Shown here piece by piece: positions 1 through 9,998 of a stretch of DNA of 17,897 nucleotides. Position 1 is the first letter of the stretch. Every line of letters starts with the position of its first letter. Source of the stretch: Octopus sinensis. Lineage: Eukaryota. The translations under genes were made by a program, and so were the position numbers. The notes under the pieces were generated by a model. That model did no database searches, was not told the origin of the DNA, and saw only the letters and a program-made list of their open reading frames with translations. The stretch spans positions 1 through 17,897 of the forward strand of contig NW_021824716.1 in the NCBI RefSeq assembly GCF_006345805.1, read 5' to 3'.

Positions 1-54
1 TCAATTTAAAGTTTTTATTCATTCTGCAAATCTTGTCCGTTGATCCCATGCTAA

Positions 55-378
55 AAACGTCCAAACAGATATTGGTTGAGTTTTACCTGTAGGGGTGAAA
101 ATGAAAAAATTGTCTTTGCTCCCCACACTGGAACCCCGGGATATGTCTGTGTGAAAAACAAGCCTTCTCTAATTGCAAAGAAGTACTTTGAAGTCTGATC
201 TTGGTACTTATCAATGGACATCCGCAAGAGACTGACGTATTGGAAATTGAAGTCGTTTGAGTTCGAAGGGAATATTTGAAGGTATTAAACTTAAGTGAGG
301 CATAAATATATCTTCACCTTTTCCAAAGACAAAAAATATTCTGGCTTCTATGATATTTCTCGTTAATTTTTTGGATTT
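55..378 (-). mobile_element. Helitron RepHel PIF1-like helicase C-terminal relic (frameshifted)
   Basis: Manual minus-strand translation gives KKLTRNIIEARIFFVFGKGEDIFMPHLSLIPSNIPFELKRLQFPIRQSLA / MSIDKYQDQT / LQLEKACFSH / VGSKDNFFIFTPTGKT. This matches the Helitron helicase C-terminal pattern NVIEA..GEDVFIPRIPLIP..PF.FKRLQFP.R..FAM.I.K.QGQ..CFSHGQLYV..SRV. Several frameshifts; boundaries approximate. Confidence 0.85.
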
Positions 379-454
379 ACTTTTGTTATTGTCTGCTATT
401 CATACAGGCGTACAAGAAGTGTATGAACATACACACTACTTGTCTTTATACTTC

Positions 455-577
455 TCTGTCTGTCTGTCTATCTATCTAATATCTATCTATCTATCTATCT
501 ATCTATCTGGATATATACATATATGTGTGCGAGGAGAGAGAGTAGAGAGGGAGGAGAGAGAGAGAAAGAGAGAGAAA
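455..577. repeat. (TCTG)n/(TCTA)n microsatellite followed by GA-rich tract
   Basis: Directly visible tandem TCTG/TCTA units at 455-508 and GA/GAGAG units at about 531-577. Confidence 0.9.
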
Positions 578-594
578 TATAACTATAGATACAG

Positions 595-669
595 GTACAT
601 AAAAATACCTAGGATGTGAACTCAGGTTTCAAATTTCCCCAAGACACCTGATGAAGGCTGGAGGGTATA
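595..669 (+). mobile_element. Possible truncated Penelope-like repeat fragment carrying half of a hammerhead core
   Basis: CCTGATGAAGGCTGGAGGGTATA at 647-669 contains the CUGAUGA core. The closing stem-II strand and GAAA are absent. Family assignment rests on recall of an octopus interspersed repeat and on Penelope elements carrying hammerheads. Confidence 0.35.
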
Positions 670-954
670 AAAAATAACATCTAGAATTTCTTCCCTTGCG
701 TCATATAAAACCGACGTGAGAGTTTCGAATTGAAATGGGCTCGTTTTTCGCTTGCGAAGGGGACACGAGCATTGGCGCACCAACAGACACACATACGCAT
801 GCAAGCTTCCTGCTGATACCTTTAACAATTAAACATCAACTAGCTTATAATTTACATTTAATTACACGCCACAACTATATAAAGTAATAACAATATCTAG
901 TACAAACCTTTGTTATTATTTTGTTTCAGATATGCGTGTCTGAGTATATACACC

Positions 955-1237
955 TATGTATGTATGTATGTATGTATGTATGTATGTATGTATGATGTAT
1001 GTATGTATGTATGTATGTATGTATGTATGTATGTATGTATGTATGTATGTATGTATGTATGTTATGTATGTATGTATGTATGTATGTATGTAGTATGTAT
1101 GTATGTATGTATTATGTATGTGGGTATGTATGTATGTATGTATGTATGTATGTATGTATGTAGGTATGTATGTATGTATGTAGTATGTATGTATGTATGT
1201 ATGTATGTATTGTATGTATGTATGTATGTATGTATGT
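955..1237. repeat. Long imperfect (TATG)n microsatellite
   Basis: About 280 bp of TATG units with occasional 1-nt indels or substitutions. Confidence 0.97.
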
Positions 1238-1276
1238 AAAGATATATATAGACATTATAAAGGTATATTATATACA

Positions 1277-1603
1277 TTTTTTTTTAAAGACTCCGCCGGT
1301 TACGACGACGAGGGTCCCAGCTGATACGATCAAGGGAAAGCCTGCTCGTGAAATTAACGTGCAAATGGCTGAGCATCCACAGACACGTGTATCTTAACGT
1401 AGTTCTCGGGGATAATCAGCGTGACACAGAGAGTGACAAGGCTGACTCTTTGAAATACAAGTACATCTCATTTTTGCCAGCTGAGTGGACTGGAGCAACG
1501 TGAAATAGAGTGTCTTGCTCAAGGACACAACGCGTCGCTGGAATCGACTCACAACCTTACGATCATGAGCCGAATGCCCAACCAATAAGCCACGCGCCTT
1601 CAC
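1277..1603 (-). mobile_element. tRNA-derived SINE, apparently full length
   Basis: Minus strand begins GTGAAGGCGCGTGGCTTATTGG (A-box-like), then GTGAGTCGATTCC (B-box-like), then GTGTCCTTGAGCAAGACACT, a body motif typical of SINEs. It ends in an A-tail (T run 1277-1285). TAAAGGTATAT is repeated on both sides (1258-1268, 1605-1615). Confidence 0.85.
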
Positions 1604-1610
1604 TTAAAGG

Positions 1611-1666
1611 TATATATAAAGATAGCTAGATATATAGATAGATAAATAGATATATAGATATATAGA

Positions 1667-1695
<29 letters not shown>
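1611..1695. repeat. (ATAG)/(TA)n low-complexity tract
   Basis: Directly visible. Confidence 0.9.
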
Positions 1696-1703
<8 letters not shown>

Positions 1704-2084
1704 TTACTTGTTTCAGTCATTCGACTGCGGCCATGCTGGAGCACCAGCTTTAGTCGAGCAAATCGACCTGGGGACTTATTCTTTGTAAGCCCAGTACTTA
1801 TTCTATCGGTCTCTTTTGCCGAACCGCTAAGTGACGGGGACGTACACACACCAGATCGGTTGTCAAGCAATGCTAGGAGGACAAACACAGACACACAAAC
1901 ACACACATACATATATATATATATACTATACGACAGGCTTCTTTCAGTTCCATCTACCAAATCCACTCAAAAGGCTTTGGTCGGCCCGGGGCTATAGCAG
2001 AAGACACTTGCCCAAGATGCCACGCAGTGGGACTGAACCGGAACCATGTGGTTAGTTAGGAAGCCACACTGCCACTCCAGCGAC
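1696..2084 (-). mobile_element. tRNA-derived SINE with internal CA/TA microsatellite (second family), copy 1
   Basis: Minus strand: GGAGTGGC head, GGTTCAGTCCC B-box-like motif, CTTGGGCAAGTGTCTTCT body, internal microsatellite at about 1890-1930, and 3' part ending CCAGCATGGCCGCAGTCGAATGACTGAAACAAGT plus A-tail. Colinear with 2271-2697. Confidence 0.88.
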
Positions 2085-2140
2085 TATGTTATATATTTAT
2101 TGCCTAAACTGGCAAAAGACCATTCCGAATAATAACCATG

Positions 2141-2176
2141 TATATATATATATATGTATACATATATGGTTGTATG

Positions 2177-2247
<71 letters not shown>

Positions 2248-2262
2248 AATGTATCTATATAT
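2141..2262. repeat. (TA)n-rich microsatellite
   Basis: Directly visible. Confidence 0.92.
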
Positions 2263-2270
2263 ATTGTATA

Positions 2271-2482
2271 CTCTTTTACATGTTTCAGTCATTTGACTGT
2301 GGCCATGCTGGAGCACCGACTTTTGTCCAGTAGATCGACCCGAGGACCTATTATTTGTAAACCTAGTACTTATTCTATCGGTCTCCTATACCGAACCGCT
2401 AAGTTATGGCTACGTAAACACACCAGCATCGGTGTGAAACTATGGGGAGGACAAACACAGACACAGTAACATACACACACAC

Positions 2483-2529
<47 letters not shown>

Positions 2530-2697
2530 CATATATACGACGGGCTTCCTTCTGTTTCCGTGTACAAAATCCACTGACAAAGCTTTGGTTGGTCCGTAGG
2601 CTATGGTAGAAGACATTTGCCCATGGTGCCATGTAGTGGGATTGAACACGGAACCATGTGGTTGGTAAGCGAGCTACTTCCCATACAGACACTCCTG
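2271..2697 (-). mobile_element. tRNA-derived SINE with internal microsatellite, copy 2
   Basis: Shares TGTTTCAGTCAT..GCCATGCTGGAGCACC, TACTTATTCTATCGGTCTC, GGACAAACACAGACAC and GGAACCATGTGGTT blocks with 1696-2084, in the same order. Confidence 0.88.
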
Positions 2698-2981
2698 TTT
2701 ATTAACCTGAGAACAAGTTGAAGGTGAGCTCTGACTGGTTGTATGCAAATTAGTTCATTAATGGGATCCGGAACACTCGTGGGAGAAAAAAAATTTCGTG
2801 GCTGGGTCAAATGAGACGATGCGACCAAAATGGGTATGGGTGGACTGTGCTCACACACGCACAAACACCCACACATATAGATACATGCAAAGACGCACAC
2901 TCGTAGCTATTTATGCTTTAAAAATGTTGACCTTAAAACCGTGACATTCTGAAGAAATTGTATGAGTGTGTGGGTCAGCCA

Positions 2982-2984
<3 letters not shown>

Positions 2985-3016
<32 letters not shown>
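2985..3016. repeat. (TG)n microsatellite
   Basis: Directly visible. Confidence 0.95.
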
Positions 3017-3018
<2 letters not shown>

Positions 3019-3099
3019 TTCATTTCTGTTTCGCTGAATTTGTGAAAGAGGGACGGAGAACTTGTTGACATCGATGACAATTTTCGTATGTGGCTTCTT

Positions 3100-3212
3100 C
3101 TTTTTTTAATTGTTTCAGTCATTAAATTGCGGCCATGCTGGGTTACCGCCTTGCAGGATTTTTAGTCGTCGAACCAATTGACCTCATTAAAGTACATTTT
3201 TCAGCCTGGTAA
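3100..3212 (-). mobile_element. Degenerate 3' fragment of the same SINE family
   Basis: TGTTTCAGTCATTAAATTGCGGCCATGCTGG matches the left ends of the 1696 and 2271 copies. Confidence 0.7.
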
Positions 3213-3235
3213 GTATCCGCTCAGTTTATTATATA

Positions 3236-3281
<46 letters not shown>

Positions 3282-3288
3282 ATATATC

Positions 3289-3513
3289 AGTAACAATAAG
3301 GTGAAATTAATTAATTGGAATAATTATTAATTACACCAAGTAGATTTCGGCATGTAAAAGCCTCATTCGAGGAAAATTTAAGTAATACTAAGCAATTAAG
3401 GGTTTAGCAACTGAGATCCCCCTTTTAGTAGAAAGAATAGCTATAACTCTTTGACTGCTATTTCTAAATTCGGTGTGTGGTGAGGCAATTCGTTGCTAAA
3501 CCCTTAATTGCTA

Positions 3514-3516
<3 letters not shown>
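3289..3516. other. About 230 bp island between two (TA)n arrays, containing a perfect 21-bp inverted repeat
   Basis: AGCAATTAAGGGTTTAGCAAC (3391-3411) is the exact reverse complement of GTTGCTAAACCCTTAATTGCT (3492-3512); 80-bp spacer; (TA)n at about 3232-3288 and 3515-3570. Confidence 0.8.
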
Positions 3517-3573
<57 letters not shown>

Positions 3574-3704
3574 TCCAAATCGTAGTCTTCGTTTCTGCTG
3601 GGGGCTTTTCCATAAAGAAGTTTAGCATATAGCATCTGTTTAGGATCCTCTGATCATTAATCTAAAGAAAATGTCCAGTCCATCATTATTCTCTGTGCTT
3701 TTAT

Positions 3705-3998
3705 CATCATCATCGTCGTTTAACGTCCGTTCTCCATGCTAGCATGGGTTGGACAGTTCGACCGGGGATCTGGGAAGCCAGAAGGCTGCACCAGGCTCCA
3801 GTCTTATCTGGCAGTGTTTCTACAGCTGGATGCCCTTCCTAATGCCAACCACTCCGTGAGTGTAGTGGGTGCTATTTACGTGCCACCTGCACAGGTGCCA
3901 GGCGAGGCTGGCAAAGGCCACGGTCGGATTGGTGTATTTTATGTGCCACCGGCACAGAAGCCAGACGAGGCGGTGCTGGCATCGGCTACGAGTCGGAT
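3705..3998 (-). mobile_element. RTE-LINE 3' UTR fragment (or RTE-tailed SINE) with (GAT)n tail
   Basis: Reverse complement of the element at 13288-13726 and 15400-15808: CATCATCATCGTCGTTTAACGTCCG..CCATGCTAGCATGGGTTGGAC..GCCCTTCCTAATGCCAACCACTCC..TTTACGTGCCACC. Confidence 0.85.
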
Positions 3999-5357
3999 GA
4001 CAAATTCAACCTCTCTTCTCTAGGCAACAAATTTTCCTTTTGATGCTTTTAAAATATGAAAATTACTTTGACAGTCATTGACCAGAACAAGATGAAGATC
4101 TCAGTCAGTAAAGGAATTTGTCTGGGGTCATCAAAGTTTGAAGTTACTCTTTTTAGTTTTATAAAGTCACTAAAAGTCTTACGTTTTCTCACTTTATAGA
4201 AAACTAACACTTTTATAAATGAGTTTATTGTTACGCATTAAATGTTAAACTAAATTTGCTCCAGCTGGTCTATATAAACAGTAACCTATAGCTTTGAACA
4301 GCTTTATTATTTTGTTGTGTATTTACATGGCATATAATGTGTGAATAGAATTTCTCCCCCAGTTATCCAAGCAAAAAATCAGAAACTTATGTTATCAATT
4401 TATTTAGAAGAATTTTGTACAAAGTTTGATACAAAATAATTTTGTTGTGTCTGGGGAGAGTCATTCTCTTTTAGTGCCTTATTAATTAACACACTCAACG
4501 GTAAAATTTCGTTTTGCTTTAATAGTAATTATCAATTTCTGAATAAAGTTTCTTTTTATCTAATTTAAATATCTTGATTATTTAATTTGAAAACAATCAG
4601 GTTTGTTCACTTCAATCACAAAAGAATCCAGTAAAAAGTGGAGAATACTTATGAATCTTCCTTTCCAATTCCACAAAAGTCTGCTCGGTAGAGCTTCCTG
4701 TCACATCTTATAATGTACATAAAGGTCTCATGTGTGTTACTTATTTAATCTTGGTCTCTGCTGTAAGAACTTGAAATCTAATTTCAAATTAAAATAACAG
4801 AGGAGTAATATGAAGGTAAATATTGTAGGGAAGAATTGTACTCTTCCTTTATCTGAAGTTATTCAAAAAGAGGGAGACAGTGTGGCTTTTCCACAATCAC
4901 ATGCAATTAAAACAACAAATGTTGTGTCAGGATTTTTCAGCACAGCTATTGTTTAATTATAATTTTTTTTTTTTATTTTCAAATGTATAATAGTGAAGTT
5001 TTATTTTTACTGACGGAAATTGCAGTCATTAGTAAATAACGAAGGTCATAAAGTAAGAATATAAAATTAAAATATAGTATATTGCACTCAAAACCCCCTG
5101 AATTTTTATTCAACCACCACCACTTTGGAGAGGCCTGTCTTAAACCACAACAGGACAAAGTGAGATATATCCTTAGATACATCATGTATTATATAGAAAT
5201 ACTATCTCTATAGGATATATAAAGGGAAAAGGCATCAATATATATATATACCAGGCATTCTACTCTCAGATAAAAATGAAGGTAGATAACTATCAATATA
5301 GCAGAAGATATTAAAGCTGTCTATATAACAATGGGGTTGCTTAGGGGGGGGGGTTAG

Positions 5358-5410
5358 ATATACAACAACAGCAACAACAGTAAATGAACATTTCAAAGTT
5401 TGTCTTTATT
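5358..5410 (-). terminator. Candidate cleavage/polyadenylation site of the death-domain gene
   Basis: Minus strand: AATAAA (5410-5405), a CA dinucleotide about 20 nt later, then GT-rich TGTTGTTGCTGTTGTTGT; about 245 nt after the stop codon. Confidence 0.6.
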
Positions 5411-5652
5411 TTAAATGTGAATTTTTAACAAAGGAGCCAAACCAGTGAAGGGATCACTACGTGGTTGATATACCTGCTAGAATTAGCAGCTAAATTCACA
5501 CGATACCACTGTACAGAAGAGCATATTGGACAATGTGGTTGTGGGTTCTCTTTGGAAATAGGCATGATGGTCCTGGCTGGAATGCGTTTGATCATAAGTC
5601 TCTGTTTGGTCAAGGTTAATCTGAGGCTAAACAACAACAGTTACACAGAAAT

Positions 5653-5852
5653 TCACTTTGCGTCTAATGACAGACATTCCATCGCAGCGAAACATTCAGC
5701 TTCTTCAAGAGCTGCACGTAATGTTGCGTGTGTCCGTGTTTCTGGGTTGCAATTTTTGAACCATTCCTTAAGCATCAGGTAGCCTTGTTTTACAGTGACA
5801 TTAGACTCATCATCAATTTTCAGTTTAGTTGTATCAACTTCTAAAACAATAA
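5653..5852 (-). CDS. Terminal coding exon: C-terminal part of a death domain
   Basis: Acceptor ttgtgtcttttgcag|, phase 1, 200 nt: (V)IVLEVDTTKLKIDDESNVTVKQGYLMLKEWFKNCNPETRTHATLRAALEEAECFAAMECLSLDAK*. The Q.Y.ML..W and T...L..AL...... pattern fits DD helices 4-6. The gene cannot be named. Confidence 0.8.
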
Positions 5853-6149
5853 CTGCAAAAGACACAACAATAAGAAATAAATGCAACAACACTGACAATA
5901 ACATAAAACGCTGTGTACTGTAGGTTGTTATGATATAACAAACAAACTTTATCATAGAGAAGTAAAAAAAGAAATAGCTAAGAAGAAACATGAAAAATAT
6001 AAGACATTGTTTTCTATTGACAAAAATAACAAAGAGTTTGAATTAACGAGATTTTTAAAGAAAATTAATTGAAAATTATACTTGAGAAAATATATGGTAA
6101 ACGAGGGCAGGAAAACTTTTGTGAAGGCAAAAGTATATCAGAACCTCAA

Positions 6150-6830
6150 GAATTAACATTGACCTCCAACAGTGAAAGCATATGATCCATCCATTTCCTC
6201 TGCTCAATATTCTTGAAAGGGCTGTGGGGAAAGAGTCCTCAGGCACCTCCTCCATAGGGTCCTATCAGAAGCATCCATCATTAGACATTCTGCTTGTATT
6301 CTATGATGTGAAGAACTAAGACTATGGATATCATCCAACCATTTCTTTCTTGGCCTCCCCCTCGGTACCCTGTTCCATTGGTTTGACTTTGAGAACCTGT
6401 CCTGTAATTCATTCCTGCAACACCCTGATCACATGTCCGAGGTACCACAGATGTGGAGGAGACGTGGTTCAACCTGGAGAGACTCCCAGATCTCTGAACT
6501 GTAAATCCTATTGAGTAACATTACTCCAAAGACCCTTTAGAAGAATCCCATATATCTGTCTTATTCTGGTAGATTTCAGACCTGGTATTCAAAAGGGTCA
6601 TGAAAGTACTGTCCCTCTGTGTCATCTACTACCTTGCAAAGTTCCCAAGAGGACACTGGAAATCGAATGATCAGTGATTGTCCAACAGTCGATAATTCTA
6701 AGTCAAACTCAATCCCATTTCAAACTTCTCCAATGAACTCCAGGTTCGATCAATTCTACAGAGCCTATTCAGTTATTATTATGTCAGTCTGAATGAGAGA
6801 TGCCCCCTGCAGTTCGGCTCGACTTGTGAA
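6150..6830 (-). mobile_element. RTE-clade LINE ORF2 C-terminal relic (intronic)
   Basis: Minus-strand fragments MGFF*RVFGVMLLNRIYSSEIWESLQVEPRLLHI / WYLGHVIR / PRGRPRKKWLDDI (6365-6327) / ASDRTLWRRCL, typical of RTE ORF2 ends; stops and frameshifts; boundaries approximate. Confidence 0.8.
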
Positions 6831-7394
6831 TGTTCATTTTCTGGTAAATTCCCTTAAAGGAATTCTCTGTTTTCGCCTGAGGAGAATGATAGGATTTCGC
6901 TGTGTCACCTTTATTAAATCTCTTTTTATTGAAGCATTTACAGACATATGTCATGTGGTAAAGTCATTGCAAAATGGCAAAATAAATTGGAATTATCAGC
7001 TTCCAACACAATAACCCAATAAATAATCTGTTTGAAGAAAGATGCTTTGTTTTAGATGTTAACTTTGGTACTTGTCCTTCATTACAATAACCTTACAGTG
7101 AACCTAAAGAAAATGTAAAACAAATTCACTCACCTGTTTACCCTTAAACAATATATTTTAGTTCCTTCTTCCAAAAGATAATATTAAACGCCATTTGTGT
7201 TTTCTAGTTTATCCATTATTACCAACCATGCTAACCTCAGTGGATATTTTATGAAATATCAGGAATATCGTAAATAAAATTGTCATACAGATAACCTATC
7301 AATTGGAAATGAGGAATGTAACTTGTTCTCATTCATTCTGACAAATAAAATAGATCAGGTGAAAGTAAAATATATAGAAATCAAATATACTCAC

Positions 7395-7465
7395 CTATTT
7401 GCCACCAATCACGTCCTAACCTCTTAGCCACTCTCAGAAGATCTTTCTCCTTCAGACTGGACTCT
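7395..7465 (-). CDS. Death-domain exon 1 (N-terminal helices)
   Basis: tatttatttcag| ... |gtgagt. Reads ESSLKEKDLLRVAKRLGRDWWQI, fitting the L..vA..LG.dW DD signature, and ends in phase 1, in frame with 5653-5852. Length is 71 nt from the first AG or 69 nt from the adjacent AG. Confidence 0.75.
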
Positions 7466-7779
7466 CTGAAATAAATATTTCCAGCTTTTATAAATTATTG
7501 TAAAACTTATTTATCTCTATAAATATTCTGTAGTTTATTGTTGTGGGACATTGTTATCATCAGTGGTTGGCTGGTGACCACTAGGTTTTGCTCAGTATTT
7601 TTATACTTTCCATTGTGGGACCAGGTAATAGCTCAATATTTAGGCCCGCAACAAAATAGACTGACTTTCCGAAACCTTGTTTCTCTTTAACAGAGACATC
7701 CTACATAATCTAACAATGTTGCAATTATTTCATTTAATTATCATTTCATGAGACTGTTTCTTCTGACATGTGACTGTCC

Positions 7780-9230
7780 TCTGAACTCTACACTTCACTA
7801 ACCACCATTCTCCTCATCTTCTGCTAAAGTCCAATATCATCCAATGTGGTCTCCAAAGATCTCGTCACAAATGCATGACACACCACTTCAAGTAAAATAA
7901 ACGTAATACCTGTTCTCTTTGCTGTTGGAAATCTTGAATTTTATCATCCCACATCCCAGTTCACCTGGTCATTATCTGGTGCAGGGAATATTTTAAGACT
8001 CCTTAATAAAGGTGAGCAATGATCAGTTCTCCAAAGATGAAACAAAAAGTGATATCAGGTGTCCTAAAACACTGTACACTTGCACAAAACCCCATTCACT
8101 ACATACAACTTGACATCTACACATTATTGCAGTGAAGACATCTGAAATGGTACAAAAGGACTGATACTTAAAAATATATAAGAAAGACGGGAATACAAAG
8201 TGAGAGCTCCAAATCTTTTATTTTCCAGAATGTTTGGCATATTTATTTCTTTTAACCCATCTTCGTTCTGTGACATGATCTCAATGCCTTTACTCTTATT
8301 GCAAACTTAGGTAGTGTACCATCATCCTATTAGTTTTTCAAGTTTCCCTTTAAACTTCATCAGGGTTTCTCCTGCTATTTTGACCGTCACTTGTTTCTGC
8401 TGACCTTTCACAAATGACGGGCTGCATTACTCATTTGCATTGAACCACATTCTTCACCAGGTTCCTCAGTCTACCGAGTTAATCCAGAACTATTTGCATA
8501 TCCTTTTATTTGTTGTTACTATTGTTATGTAATCCATTAATGTCTTCTCGAGTGTTTTTCTTTGAGCCATTTCTTATCAATCTGCTGATTTAAGTAACAT
8601 CTCCATAACAATCACAAACCAAATGACTGATTTTGTAGAAACTACAGCAATTCCTGCTTCAAAATGATACCAGTCTGCCGAGGAAGTTTTCCTCAAGAAC
8701 TGCATATTGAAATTGTTATAGCAGCTCCTCATCAGGTCCTTAATCTTTTCTCATATATAAAACAGGTCCACTGCTTCCATCAACAGTTTGTTTGCTAGAG
8801 AACCATAAACCAGATCAAATCACACAACATTCAATTCCTTTTATTCTTCTTTCCGTCTTGTATCACATCCTAGATTTAAGACACATGTTCCACGCAGCCA
8901 GGAATGCCAGAGGATTCCAGTCCTCGAGATACTTGTAGTTCCATATTCATTATTCTGTAGATTTACAGTTGATCCCTTTGTGAATACAACCTTATAAATC
9001 TCGCCATCAATATTCAAGGTTGAAATTAGTCTGAACTAATCAATCGGTATTTGATTGCTGGTTTCAATGGACATTTCAAACTGTCTATGAATGGGAATCA
9101 TTGCTTTTGCTTTGGATCTCCTGCATATATCCATCCAGTTCATCTTTATTGTATTTTAGCTTTCTGTTCTCAGTATCTGCAAACAGAATTTCCTTGTAGA
9201 AGTTAAAGAGGAGCGTTTAATTTTGTTGAC
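7780..9230 (-). mobile_element. Degenerate R2-superfamily (HERO-like) non-LTR retrotransposon RT relic (intronic)
   Basis: Minus-strand motifs in RT order: FRLISTLNIDGE (9035-9000), GIPGCVEH (8908-8885), YGSLANKLLMEAVDLFYI, DWYHFEAGIA (8675-8646), VIWFVIVMEMLLKSA, LMDYITI (degenerate FMDD, about 8538-8520). Many stops; boundaries approximate. Confidence 0.75.
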
Positions 9231-9269
9231 GACATGATCATGTTTTTTTCTAGGGCTTTTGGAGCAAAA

Positions 9270-9488
9270 TTGTGCCCAAGGCCCTTTTTAAAGTGGTTGA
9301 TGTTAGGAAAGGCACATCACCATAGAAAAGCCGGAATGTGTTCCTCATCCAATCAAGGCGGACAGTATTTGTTAATAAGAACTGACATGGATAGGAACCA
9401 TCCATCCAATCGATAGGAGCATAGACATCAGATGATAAATGATGAGGGTCATCAGTGTCTATCTTGGAGAGAGAGAGAGAGAGAGAGA
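9270..9488 (+). mobile_element. Old degenerate RTE-tail-like repeat followed by (GA)n
   Basis: AGTGGTTGATGTTAGGAAAGGCAC..GGAGCATAGACATCAGATGATAAATGATGAG resembles the 3' end of the RTE-tail family; similar to 11450-11720. Confidence 0.5.
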
Positions 9489-9950
9489 ACGGTTGTCTCA
9501 GCATCAAACCTAATGCTTTTACATGGATAAAGACGATGTTTAGGGGATGTAATGATAAATTTATTATCAGTGAAAAAAAAAGGCAGGATGTTCACATAAG
9601 GAACACATTTCATTGTAAATCTGTCACATTATGAGAGATATTTGCCTAAATAGCAACAACAGCAATAACCTATCAGTAAACTTTGTAACTACATATCTTA
9701 GTCCTCCGTTTCAAAATACAGTATTAATTCTATTGTCTTCTAAATTATCCATTTTCCAAACCATGCCAACCCCGTTGGATATTTTGTGAAATTCCATTGA
9801 TATCAAAATGTCTAATAGAATTATTATACAGCTAATATTTCAGATGTAAATTAGGAATGGATCTTGTCCTCAGTCATTCTGATAAACTACAAATGCTCAG
9901 GTGAAGGTTAAATTTATAGAAATCCATGAGGTATGTTATTTGCTTCTCAC

Positions 9951-9998
9951 CAACTGGCTGTGATGTTGTCAAGGCATCCTTCACAGAAGTTGGAGTCT
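9951..9998 (-). CDS. Candidate cassette exon or pseudo-exon paralogous to DD exon 1
   Basis: Donor |gtgaga, with flanks homologous to those of 7395-7465. The homologous acceptor reads tattcatttcAA rather than AG. From that position: 48 nt, (x)TPTSVKDALTTSQPV. From the next AG: 46 nt (9951-9996). Confidence 0.4.

Noticed and set aside
1500-1603. tRNA-like sequence (also SINE heads near 2030-2084 and 2630-2697)
   Set aside because: These are SINE 5' heads with degenerate boxes that run into SINE body sequence; I could not fold a full cloverleaf.
2743-2750. ATGCAAAT octamer motif
   Set aside because: A single AT-rich 8-mer is expected by chance in about 18 kb, and there is no promoter context.
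350-2900. ORFs with MYVC, IHTY, YIYI or THTH repeats (for example 910-1239, 1062-1277, 1604-1966, 2086-2469)
   Set aside because: They are translations of microsatellites and SINEs, with no coding signal.
4000-5330. AT-rich stretch downstream of the gene, with extra AATAAA hexamers on the minus strand
   Set aside because: No ORF, motif or internal homology I can support; the extra hexamers are expected at this AT content.
5333-5356. G-rich run GGGG...GGGGGGGGGG with TTAGGG-like words
   Set aside because: It cannot supply four separate G3 tracts and is not a telomeric array.
5853-5991. Hydrophobic N-terminus of the 112-aa ORF (5653-5991) resembling a signal or transmembrane segment
   Set aside because: It is the T-rich intron and polypyrimidine tract upstream of the acceptor at 5853-5854; the DD continues in the 7395 exon instead.
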